Shown here piece by piece: positions 50,380 through 62,243 of a DNA stretch of 64,000 nucleotides (position 1 is the first letter of the stretch; every line of letters starts with the position of its first letter). The DNA lies in NCBI RefSeq assembly GCF_006345805.1, contig NC_042998.1, positions 40,858,001 to 40,922,000 on the forward strand, read 5' to 3'. A program made the translations under genes and the position numbers. The DNA is from Octopus sinensis (Eukaryota). The notes beneath the pieces are model-generated. The model was not told the DNA's origin, did not search any database, and saw nothing but the letters and a program-made list of their open reading frames with translations.

Positions 50380-50901
50380 CTTTTACTATTTTAAACCCCA
50401 GGACTTAATTTTTGTAAGACTAGTGTTTATTCTATCAGTCTCTGTTGCCAAACCACTAAGTTATGGGTACATAAACCCACCAACATTGGTTGTCAAGTGA
50501 TGGTGATGACACACACACACACACACACACACAAACATAAATACATAAATATCGTCGTCGTTTAACATCCGTTTTCCATGCTGGTATGGGTTGGCTGGTT
50601 TGACTGAGGGCTGGGAAGCCAGAAGGCTGCACCAGGTTCCAATCTGATCTGGCAAAGTTTCTACAGCTGGATGCCCTTCATAATGACAACCACTCTGAGA
50701 GTGTAGTCGGTGCTTTTTACGTACCGACAACACATATGTGATGGGCTTCTTTCAGTTTCTGTCTACCAGATCCACTCACAAGGCTTTGGTTGGCTTGAGT
50801 CTACACTAGAAGACTTTTGCCGAAGGTACCACACAGTTGGACTGAACCTAGAACCATGTGCTTGGGAAGCAAGCTTCTTACCACACAGTCATGCCTGCAC
50901 C
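50379..50901 (-). mobile_element. SINE family 1 copy with an RTE 3' end (50551-50731) nested in its internal microsatellite
   Basis: SINE tail, CA repeat, ATCGTCGTCGTTTAACATCC...GGATGCCCTTC...GTGCTTTTTACGT, then the SINE head resumes. Confidence 0.82.
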
Positions 50902-51841
50902 TATATAACAATTGTTTTCTCATCATAAATTTTTGACTGAGCCAGTGTTAGAAGTCATTGTTATTATTCTGAATTAAAATCCTATCCAAGTCAACTTCAC
51001 CTTTCATTCCTCCAGTGATTGATAATATAAAATACCAATCAAATGTTAAGATTTATTTAATCAAGAATCATTGGCCTTGTGTCCAAATTAGAAACATTAT
51101 TATATTTTTATCCATATTTGCTACAAGTGGTGAATCTTAATACACATATCTTTTATTCTTTTTTTATCGCTTTCTATTATTCATTATAATTGTAAAAGTC
51201 CTAAATGACTCTATATACTTTCATTCCATATCACTATTTTGCCAATTGTTAGTTGTTTTATACTTTGACTTTTTATATGTTTACTTCTTAATCATTAGAT
51301 TAAGCATAGTTCAGAAGACCAGATACCTTATTTATAACTTTGGTTTTGTTTTTCATCAAGGCCTTATTATTGTCTGTCAGTAATAGTTAAATGAACACAG
51401 GGCTAAGTTTATAATCAGTTCCAGCTTATAGATAATTGATAACAGAATTAAGACAATAATATAAAAAGTGAAGAAAATGAGTCTGCCTGAAATATTCATT
51501 TGTTAAATACTACAGATCTGAGACTTGACATTTGCATACAAACTGCTTCTCCATCTCAACATACTTGATAATGTCAGTTGAGCAAAATCACTGCCATAAC
51601 CAATCATCTTAAATGTTTTGATATTTCAAGTATGAAGCTGTGAAATCATATGTGAAATCAACCTGTCATGCAAATATTTTTAGTTATGTATACAATTTCT
51701 TATGTCATAATTGTTAATTAGTTGATAGTATTAAGTACTTAGTTCTTTTCTTTTCTCCTTTATATTCAATTGGCTAAAGCATATTTCTTTTTAAAGATAG
51801 CCATGATATAATCGTGAAGATATCAGTTAGGAATTTCTACT

Positions 51842-52000
51842 GGCACTGGCATGGCTATGTGGTAAGAAGTTAGCTTTCTAGCCATGTGGGTCCAGTCTCA
51901 TGGCATTGTAGCTTGGACAAGTGTCTTGCACTATAATCCTGGGCCACTCAAAGCTTTGTGAGTGAATTTGGTGGACGGAAATTGAAAGATGCCTGACATA
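51842..52000 (+). mobile_element. SINE family 1, 5' half
   Basis: GGCATGGCTATGTGGTAAGAAG...GGACAAGTGTCTT...GTGAATTTGGTGGACGGAAATTGAAAG. Confidence 0.8.
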
Positions 52001-52012
52001 TGCATAAACACT

Positions 52013-52940
52013 GGCAACGCAACATTTTGTTTTATCACCATTATACCTTGATAAGTATATTATAGGTTTATTAAGTCAACTCTGTGTCCTATTGTGTGTT
52101 AACAGTGATTTAATTTCATTTTTCAGGTGATGTTTCTAAATTTCCTATAGAATTCAGAGCCAGTATGTAAATTAAGATGTTTCATAAACAAATATACCCA
52201 AGTAAACAATGCAATCAAAGACAGAAAAATAGATAATGGGTGTATATTCTTATTTCAAGGATTATTGTGCTCTTATCAGTACCTCATTCATCTTAATAGT
52301 GTTTTAGGGGTAATCAAAGAAATACTGTTTGCCTTGTTACCAGAAATATGTTTAATATGCAAATTGGCCTATCCAATTATGTTACACCATTAAGCTTAAT
52401 GGATATTTAAAGAATGTGTTCATGGATAGTTGGTAGGTTCAATGAGGTGCTAATGAGAGGACAGTAGTCATTGAGATGTGCATATACATCCATTACCTAT
52501 TTTTCTATCTTTGATTACATTTTTTACATAAATGTATTTGATAATGAAGCATTGCAACTTACAGTAATGACTCTGAATTCTATAGAAAATCTATACAGAT
52601 TCCCTTAAAAATGAAATTAAAGCACCATTAAAACATAGTAGGACACAGTATTGACTTAATAAACCTATAGTATACTTACTAGTGTATTATGGCAACAAAA
52701 TGATTTACTGTTGCCTTGCAAACCATTAAATATATATACCAGTTGTCAGGAATGTGTTTAATATGCAAAATGGTCTATCTGGTTATGTTACACCATTAAA
52801 CCTAATGAGTATTTAAACTGTGTTCATGGATAATTGGTAGGTTGGATAAAGTGCTGATGTGAGGATAATTATCCTCAAAATATGCATATATACCCATTAC
52901 CTATTTTCCTACTTTTTAATCTTCGATTGCATTGTTAACT
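52013..52940. repeat. Local array of a ~400-bp unit: one inverted partial copy and two direct copies
   Basis: 52345-52525 matches 52750-52940 directly. 52013-52190 matches the reverse complement of 52540-52715, and 52202-52290 matches the reverse complement of the end of the direct unit. Roughly 75-80% identity by eye. Confidence 0.75.
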
Positions 52941-53360
52941 TAAAAAATGTTGTGTGTGTGAGTGTGTCTTTGTGATTGTGTTTGTTCCTCACCACTTCTT
53001 GATAACCAGTGTTAGTTTATGTTTCCATAATATAGCAGTTCAGCAAAAGCAACTGTTAGAATAAGTACCAAATTTTAAAATAATAAAACTGAGGTTGGGT
53101 CATTCAGCTAAAGCCTTTCAAGGTGGTGCCCCATTATGACAGAAACAAGTGAAAGATAAAAGGTTATTATGGGCATGTAATTCTAAAAAGACTGATGCTT
53201 TTTGTCTTGGTTATTTATCTGGGTAATTGTTTCTCTTAACATTCTGTTACATAATTGATTTGAAGTGATGCAATGTCAAATGCTTTAACCAGAGTCCATG
53301 TATATAGGTGCAAGAGCTTTCTCTTTAGGAAAAATTTTCACTTGGAATTTCATATCTGAG

Positions 53361-53520
53361 ACGTAAAAGCACACATTACTCTCTTGGAGTGGTTGGTGTT
53401 AGGAAGGCCATCCAGCTGTAGAAACCATGTCAAAATAGACTGGAGTCTGGTGCAGCTTTCCAGCCCTAATCAAACCATCCAACCCATGCCAGCATGGATA
53501 ATGGACGTTAACTGATGATT
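53361..53520 (+). mobile_element. RTE 3' end fragment (another at 53836-53985)
   Basis: GAGTGGTTGGTGTTAGGAAGGCCATCCAGCTGTAGAAACC...AACCCATGCCAGCATGG...GGACGTTAACTGATGAT. Confidence 0.8.
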
Positions 53521-55012
53521 ACATTATCTAATATGTTTTTTACCTGTTTTTGAGACTGTAGGATTTGAGGGAGATTATAGCAGGTTACATAGAAACTCCC
53601 ATGTTATTGTTTATGCTCTAAGCTTTGAAGTGACAAACTTTTAAATGTGTAAAATATACTTAGTTAAACTGTTGGCAAAGCTAAAAGGTTTCTCAATACC
53701 AATCAATCATGGTAAAATACTTGTACCCTCAGTGGTTTTCCAAATTCGGTGAAGAACCTGAATGAAACAATATTAGAAGAGATTTTTTCCTCTATAATGC
53801 ATTTAGAAGAATTGCAACAACCTTTTCAGAAATAAAGTGGTTGGCATTAGGAAGAGCATCCAGCTTTATAAACCTTGCCAAAACAAACACTGAAGACTAA
53901 CACAGTTCTCAGGTTAGACAGATCCTATTGAACTACCCAATCCATGCCAGTATAGAACGCAAATGTTAAATGGTGATGATGATGACAATAACAAAGAATT
54001 GTGGGAACAAATACTGCACAGGATATTTTATTGGATAGCACTGGTTTAGGAGTTTTTTTGCTTATTGTTGCATCTTCCTCCAGTATATAGTGACAAAAGA
54101 TGTGTGCATGTGCACACTCCCGTGTAGTTTCCATTTGCTAAATTTTATTCTGAAAGCATTAGTTGATCTCAGGATACAGCAGAGACACTGGATCAAACTC
54201 AGAAACACTTGGTTGTAAAGCAAACTTCTTAACTATGCAGCCATGCCTCCGTGCATAAAGATAATCAACATTTATTTTCTTTTTCAAACCAAACAAGACT
54301 GAGATTTATCCACATTGTTGTAGGATCTTTTCATTATAACATTCTTAAGAATGTTTTGCATTAACTCAATATAATAACTATGGAATATTTCTCTATTTAG
54401 TTAATCTCTGTTGCATTTTTCTATGAACTCAAGAAAATGGGACAGAATTATCCATTTTTAGAATTTCTTCCTATTTAAACATCAGTAGCCAAGTAGTATC
54501 TCTGTATGATTCACACATAATTATCCAGCAGTTTGGTTATTATTCTATAATTAGGTTGTATAAAATTTGTCAGCTGTAGTTTTGGACTGAGGCATTATAC
54601 ATCCATCCTGTCAATGAAACAGTAATTTCATTTCATGTATGATCTAAAGATTCTAAAACTTTTATTCTTTCCAAAATTTATTTCTAGAATTCATTCATAT
54701 TATACATTATATTACTGGCTTCTTGGGTTCCTAACATCTTTATATTAGATAATGCATAGATTTCATTCTCAAGTTTTTATTTTTAAAACTTGAAAGTAAT
54801 CCTGTTCAAAGTATTAAGAGATAAAATTAAAATAGTTACTATTTTACATTGGTGTAAATGATCTGCCTAATATTTTTATTTTGTTTTTATTATTATTGAA
54901 ACCCCTCTATACAATACACACTTTTGCTTTTTTATGCATGAAGTGTTCACTCTGCTCATATTCATTATCATTTCTATAATTATACATTTTGAAGACAAAT
55001 TTGAGCAGTTAG

Positions 55013-55232
55013 CCCTTTCATTACTGTATTCATTTTGAGATGCTTTCTGTTTCTTTCAATTACTTCAAATATAACAAAGAATTTAGTAAAATAACTTAGT
55101 AATTATTCAGCTAGTGTTAGGAACATAAATTGTAACTAAGGTTTGGTGGAAGATTTTAATTCAGAACTTATGAAAACAAGACATTTATACTCAGAGCCAG
55201 AGCCAGTTTCAGACAGGTTGGTAATGAAAGGA
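55013..55232. mobile_element. piggyBac-type MITE (~220 bp)
   Basis: TTAG|CCCTTTCATTAC ... GTAATGAAAGGA|TTAA: 12-bp TIRs with TTAA-like target sites. Confidence 0.7.
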
Positions 55233-57714
55233 TTAAGGAACTGTCATCTCTTCTACTGAGCGTAATTTCATACAAGTTAGCCAAAACTAACCTATAGATA
55301 TTATCTCAGTTACAATATAGATTTTGTTTTGCGATTTAATGTAAGAAACTGAGTCTATAGCTCTAATTTTAGAGATTTTTTTCTTCCAGCTTCTTACAAA
55401 TTATAAAGCGTACCTTATTAATAGCTTTTATTATTATCATTGTCATCTTTGCCACTATCAGTACTCATTTCATCATCATCAGTAACTTAACTTAATTATA
55501 GACTAAGTTAGTCTATAATACAATTTTGTTTTACAACTATGTGAAATAAAATTTCGTAGTATGTGAAACTATATAATAAGGTATGCAAATTGATATTTAC
55601 TCATACCAGTCTTTCCAACTAAATAATTCATTTTTTAGATTCTTAGCTGTTTCAAATGGTTTTCCTTTATAAGCAGTCTACAGTATAAAATAAGATTTAG
55701 ATATGAACATAAGGTTTTTATTTCTGATCAAATATTAAATATCATAAAAGTGTATTCTATTCCCTTCTTCCAGTGTATCAGTGTTTTGATTCTGTTAAAA
55801 GATTTTATTAGAAACTGAGTAACCTATTGTTACCAGGTAATTTTTACAATAGAATGCCTTCATATAAATTTTTTTATTCCATGTCAGACCATGCCTTTCC
55901 CAATGGATGTACCTCTTGATCAGGATGGATTTGTGTAATTTATCGCAAAATATTTCATTGAGGATTTTTTTCTTTTTTAAATTATTTACATGCCTATTCA
56001 ACCATTTCACATGACTTTATTCATTAAAACTTATCAAAATTTCAGAACTTCCTATAACTTTCAGCATTATATTGTTTTGTTTTCAGTTTGTTTAATAAAA
56101 ATTCATCATAATGCTTTTGCTTTCATTTTGTGATAAACAGCTATCATGCAGATAATGCCAGCTTCCAAATCCTGTTTTCTAATTAGATAAAAATGATCCA
56201 AATTTAAACCTCTGTAGCATTTTTCTTCTGAAACAAATAATAAAATCAGATTCAGCGTGAAAAATTATATTAATATACCAAATTTGAAAATTTTCACTTG
56301 ATTTTTAAAATTTCAAAATCTGTGACGGCAACAGAATACCTAAGAGAAGTAGATAGACAATTATAAGATGTGACACACGCATATACAAACACACACACAC
56401 ACACTCAGGTAATCATGAGTTGAAGATAGTGTCTTCTAAAGACATTCTGGAAGTTGAGTTATTTCTCATAGCAAATTATATTTTTTGATTACTAATAATC
56501 TTGGGACTCAGATTTCGAAAATCAAATCCCTTTTTCTCTTGGGTGTACTGTTTCAGAACCTTTCCGTAATACACACACACACACTCATTTATATAGTAGA
56601 CATGAGTTTGTGTGTGTTTCTTTGTGATGGACAGAAGAAATGCTGCATGTGAACAGCTGTTGTCAACTTAGCAAACCCCTCTCTCCTTAAAGCTACTTAT
56701 TCCTTACACCCACCTTCCTTTCCCTTCCTCAGCATTTAAAAAGTTACCTATGTGTATTGGTGCACACATGTATGCATGTATACATGTATCTGTCTTTATT
56801 TATGTATGTATGTACACAGCATCTATCATAATAAATTATGAAATATTTAGATTCTTTCACTTAACTTCTACCTTACCTCTCTCATTCAAGATCAATGCAA
56901 CTCAGCCTGCACCTCACACCTTCCTTATACAACAGAAAAAATAGCCAAACTATTGTCAAGAGTTTTACAAGTTGTAGGATTTAGTCAGCATATTGTTTTC
57001 TAATTCCTAATATGCATGTTATACAGTCAAAATTTTATGACTTGGAGTAAACTACTTTAACAGTCATTGTTATTAGTGTTTGCCTATCAAAATTATCCCC
57101 TTTCTTTACTAAATATTTGGTCATTTAGAAATTCAATTTGAAGTAGTCCAAAAGTATTGTGCCCATAAAACATTTTAGTTCATAAGTGCAAAAGCCAGTG
57201 AAAAATTAGTCAGATTAAATATTAGTATTTTTAAATATATGCTCTATTGTTCTTTAAAATACTTTTGATGTTATAGCCAATAAACTTTTAGGCTTTGGAA
57301 CATCCACTGGTTAACTCACATTAAAATAGTTGATTTTCTTAACAATATGAAATTTTCTAAGTATTTGATTTAACTGTCTCAAGACTATATTAAAACCTGT
57401 TTATGTAGAAGTGGTGCATTTATTTTTTTTATTTGTGTTTCTGTTTCATTAAAAATTGATTTCATCTTCTTTTCAGCTGCACTGAAGTAAAAACAAAATT
57501 AGTGTTATTTAGAATTTCATTAGTTGCACATTCCCCCCACTCTCTGTAGGTCTATGAAAAAAAACTGTGCTTCAATTCATCAAAAATTAATTCCTTCTTT
57601 TTATTGATAATTTACTAATAAAATCATGGAACTATTTTTTTCACCTTACTTTTTATACAACTTATTCTCACACTACTTCCCTAGATATTTATTGAGTTGT
57701 ATTTTCTTTTATAG

Positions 57715-57776
57715 ATGAAAGAGAGGATATTCAAAAGAAAACTTTTACTAAATGGATTAATTCACAGCTTTCAAAG
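57715..57776 (+). CDS. DMD: Dystrophin-like exon 2 (62 nt), N-terminus of calponin-homology domain 1: (D)EREDIQKKTFTKWINSQLSK
   Basis: Acceptor TATTTTCTTTTATAG, donor AAG|GTATGT, phase 1 to phase 0. The peptide carries the QKKTFTKWxN actin-binding-site motif and is closest to dystrophin EREDVQKKTFTKWVNAQFSK. Length and phases equal human DMD exon 2 as recalled. Nesprin, plakin and beta-spectrin CH1 exons are less similar but not excluded from one exon. Confidence 0.8.
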
Positions 57777-58310
57777 GTATGTATTAATCTTTGGTTTATT
57801 ATTGCTATATAAGTTTTGGTCAAAAAGCAGAGATTTTGTTAAGATGTGTTTGCAGGATTATTTACAAGAAGTATGCATGGTTTCTGCAATGTTTTTATCT
57901 GACTCTTTATAGTTGAAATAATAATCACATTAATGTATCGCTGAATAATCAACTAAAATTTAATAATTTTCTAGATCTTTTCCAATAAAACGAAGCCTGT
58001 AAAGTTTCTTGCATGTTTTTGAAGTGACCCTAAAATAGAGAAACTAGGGCTAATGAAAGCAAAGCATTAACTTTGTGTGTGTGTGTGTTTACACAAATAT
58101 TTTCAGATTGTGTATAGTATTGAAACATAATTTATGCAGCTGGTGACACTTCTTCATGCCTGCCTATTAGCTTAGCTACTCAACCTTTAAGTGATAGTCA
58201 ATGATATGCTACATAATTATTTGAGTAAGACTTATTAACTTATGTGAATGCAAAAGGAAAGGTTTAAATAAATGAATTGTTTCAACTATTCAAAACTTTT
58301 ACCATAGCAG

Positions 58311-58311
<1 letters not shown>

Positions 58312-58360
<49 letters not shown>

Positions 58361-58438
58361 CCCCTGGCTTCCCAGACCCCGGTCGACCGTCCAACCCGTG
58401 CTAGCGCGGAAACCGGACGTTAAACGATGATGATGATG

Positions 58439-58456
<18 letters not shown>
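58312..58456 (+). mobile_element. ~80-bp CpG-intact RTE 3' end inserted in a (TA)n microsatellite
   Basis: GCCCCTGGCTTCCCAGACCCCGGTCGACCGTCCAACCCGTGCTAGCGCGGAAACCGGACGTTAAAC(GAT)n at 58360-58440 with TA repeats on both sides. Confidence 0.88.
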
Positions 58457-58471
<15 letters not shown>

Positions 58472-61400
58472 AACAGACAGACATGTTCTTCATAATATAA
58501 GGCATCTAAATATGGAGTATTTCTCACTGAAATTGTTCAGAAAATGCTCAGTAAGATATTCAAAATGAATTAATTTGAGTTATGAATAAAGTGTATATCA
58601 TACAAAACAGATATATATGTTATATTACCTTAAATCTAGGTCATGATAATATTTTAAAATACGTAGACACAGATCTCATCAGCTGAGATATGAAAGACTG
58701 AGTGTATATGTAGTGTAGTTCTACATATACACAGAGTTGACTTAGTATCATTTACAGTATTATTAATTAGGAATTATTTGATGCAAACTTAACATTCTTT
58801 CGGGGTTTTCTTTATAATTATCTTTCAGTTGTATAATTACTTGGCTCTGGAAGGTAGGGAATAACAAACCCAGCAGAGGATAGAGACAACCACTCCCATT
58901 TATTAATACAAAAGGATTTTAACTTAACTCATATAATTAATTTGAAGTCTCATTACATTTTTTTCTGACTGGATCAGGAGACAAGTGATATTTTGTAGAT
59001 ATACTGACACCCTAATCGCTTAACTATTGTGGATTCTTTCAAAGCTGTGCATTAAATAACAGAACCAGACATTTTCTCTTGGACTATGTTGGACATGCTT
59101 TCCATGTCTGTTTTATAAACATTCAGTACTTCTAAATCAAAGTTTTAACCTCTAGAGAAAACATAGATATTACAACATTTCTAAAAGGAAAGTTAGATAT
59201 ATATTCTAAAAAAATTAATTATTATGAAGTTTTATTGAAATATATAAACAGTTTAGCTATGGTTTTGTAGTTAGAATCACCTGGTTTGAAATTGTGATCC
59301 TTTGGTTTTAAGACCTAATTGTTTTCTCTAAGGCTTATAATTCCCCAAATGCAGTGAAATTTGAAGTCTTCCTTAAATGTATCATCTCCCTTTTTCAGTT
59401 AGCATCATTTTTTTGTGTCCATCTTTTGAACTAGCATAATTTCATCATCATTACATTTGCATTTTAATTTTTGATGGGACTTTTGAGACAGTGCTTTATG
59501 AGATTGTGCCCATCTTGATGTCATCATTTTTAATTGCTTCTTACAGTGTATCTATTGTTAAAAACCAAGATATTCTCAATGATGACATTGTTTTTGAGAA
59601 TTAAAAACATTCTTACTTTTTTCTTAAAAATTGACAAGTAGTGTTATTTCTGAGTTTATGTTAAAATGCCTTCATAATGCTTTTCTTTTCACAAAAAAAA
59701 AGTGATTTGGAGACTATGTGGTTTAGACTACTGAAAGCTTCTTGTTCTGGAATCCAGTAGACATAAGCTCTTATAAGTAAGACACAAAGGATAATACAGA
59801 GAAATGATTTCAGATTGGTTTTATTTATCTTTATCATAATAGGAGGAGGAATTACCACTGATTATTAAAATTGTTTTTCAGACAAATTATGTGAAAGTAA
59901 TAAAAAGCATGTTCATTTACAAAGTCATCAGTTATGTTTTATTGATTATTTTAACATCAGTAATAAATCTGAAGTGAAGTAGATTTTTGTGTTAACTTGA
60001 AATAGTTTTTTCATTTTTCTGTTAAACCCATTTGCTTAGTAATCTTAGAAATGATAAAAAGTCTTTTGTTACATTGATAGACTTTTAGAAGAATATTACT
60101 GCTGAGCACATTTTTTTTTATTTTGTCTATTAGGATAAACTTGTTTATCCTTTAACTGATCCTTCTTAATACAATAAATATTTGATAGGTTGTCTTACAA
60201 ATGCAACTGAATGTAGCTGCTAGCTTTCATATAATCAGGAAAGTCTACAATGAAATTTTTGATATAAATGACAGTTTTGATCTGACAAGGAATGTGAGAT
60301 TGTGCATGTTTAACATTTAGATTCTTTTATTTCTGTAATTCAACACAAATTTGTAGATGTATACAGCAAAAGCATCTTTAAATTGTTTTGTTTAAATCTC
60401 AAGTGTTACTTTCTCCATTTTCAATGATTTTCTCTTTCATGGAATTTGCTCTTACAAGTCATTAATTTGTTATTCAGTGTCCTTTCACACATTGTCTATT
60501 TTCCTACACTGTTTGGGATTAGACTGTTTTGCAACACAACAATTTTTCAGATTTCTTAAGTCTTATGTAATTTGGTATTTCTCAGTTTTAATCTGATTGT
60601 ATCTTCAGTTTTACCTCTGTTATGCCTTTTGTACTGTCTTCGTTGAGGTATTTGGAAGTGTTTCTAGCTACACTCTGTTGCAAGAATATTTGTCATCAAA
60701 CATTGTAATTATTTGTACACAAAACAAGATTTCATCACTACTGTTGTTACCTTATTGATGTTGGAACCTTCTCTTCTTAAGATCATATAGGTTTCAACAA
60801 CTGTATGCAAATAAATAAATAAATAAATAAAGAAGAGTCAACATAAGACACCTGGTGTAATTAATATAAGCTATGACGTAGGCTTAAGCTTAAGGCCATT
60901 TCTATTTCAAATTCTTTTATGTTTAGCATTTTAGTAGGTGAGGTCTGTCTTAGATGAACAATTAAAAGGGAAAATAAGCTTAGATGGCATGCAAATTAAA
61001 ATTTTGTTGTAAATAGTTTGCATGTGATAATAAAGCTTTGTAATGAATTAATAATTTGAGTTCAGGTCTTAAAATGAGCAAGCAGTGTGTGGTGCATAGC
61101 TGAAAAACTGTCTGTATTGTCTTTTGGATATTACCATTGCCTAAATGGATATGAGGCTTGTGCTACTGTTCCAGAGATCAATATGTTTTGAGTGTTAAGT
61201 ACCACCTAGAAAGTCACCTTGCTCAGTATGTAGGTAAAGTTAAGGTTAAAGCAATATAAAAGGGAAAAACTGAATACTAAATACTGAATGCAAACTGTGG
61301 AATGTAAATGATACAATTGATGGGGATGTATTTAATTGCTCCACATTACCTTTCTTCAGAGTTAAATAAAATGGGTGCTTGGTTCCATGTATTCGGCTAG

Positions 61401-62243
61401 CATGTGTATAGTCCAAAGGAGGAAATCTGTAAATTAATGGTATATATGTATATGTGCATGTACTCATTTGTCTGCTGTAAGTTGAAGTCTACTGTGTTGC
61501 TACTATTCCAACTCTTATTGTTGGCAATCCATCAGATTGAGATTGACAAGCATGAAACTGAAGGTAGTGGCAAAGAAACTTTGGTTTTGGTAAATAAGTT
61601 AACTAGTAACTTATATTGAGTACTATTTTGTTTATACACTGTGATACATATATATATATATATATAAACACTGACACACATATATAAACATTTTTGGTTT
61701 TTGGAAATATTTGATACAGCAGAGCAATTAATTTGTAATGCACAATTCTCGTTACAATTCTTGGACTTCAAAAGAAGTACACATATACAATGAATACTTC
61801 TTTTGAAGCACACATTTTATGTATTTAATTATCTCTGAATGTATAATGTCTTTCAGCCAGCATGCATAATGATAATACTGTGGGATATTTCCAAGTATCC
61901 TGAATTGTAACAAATAGTTTTTAAAATAACAATTTTCACCTATGTTTCTTTTTTTCTGTTTACTTTGTTCCCCCCACCCCTTTTCTGCTAAATAAAAAGC
62001 ATGGAATGTCTTCATTTCTACTTTGAAGTCATAAGATTAAAATCTCCTTTATCATATTTAAATTTCTTTCTCAATTATGTATTTCTAACAGAAATAAATT
62101 GTTTCAACATGAAAAGTTTCTTTGAATAACTACCTTGAATTCCTCTGTTAACAATTTTGCATCTTTGAGATAAATGTGCAAACACTTAGCTGAATGATTG
62201 TGTAGCTAATAAAAACTTAATTTCTTTATTTGGAAATATATGC

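Larger units (their letters stand above)
26540..57714 (+). other. Predicted ~31.2-kb phase-1 intron
   Basis: GTAAGT donor and TATTTTCTTTTATAG acceptor; frame-compatible join of the two exons; interior dominated by TE relics. Confidence 0.55.

Noticed and set aside
57715-57912. ORF-track peptide MKERIFKRKLLL... as a stand-alone gene
   Set aside because: Wrong frame; the conserved CH1 peptide is in the phase-1 frame and ends at the donor at 57777.
59577-59655. Possible C/D snoRNA (ATGATGA ... CTGA)
   Set aside because: No terminal stem, no recognisable C'/D' boxes or guide sequence.
57777-62243. Search for dystrophin exon 3 (DLFxDLxDGxxLLxLL-type peptide)
   Set aside because: No such peptide with splice sites found by eye; probably beyond the window, or missed.
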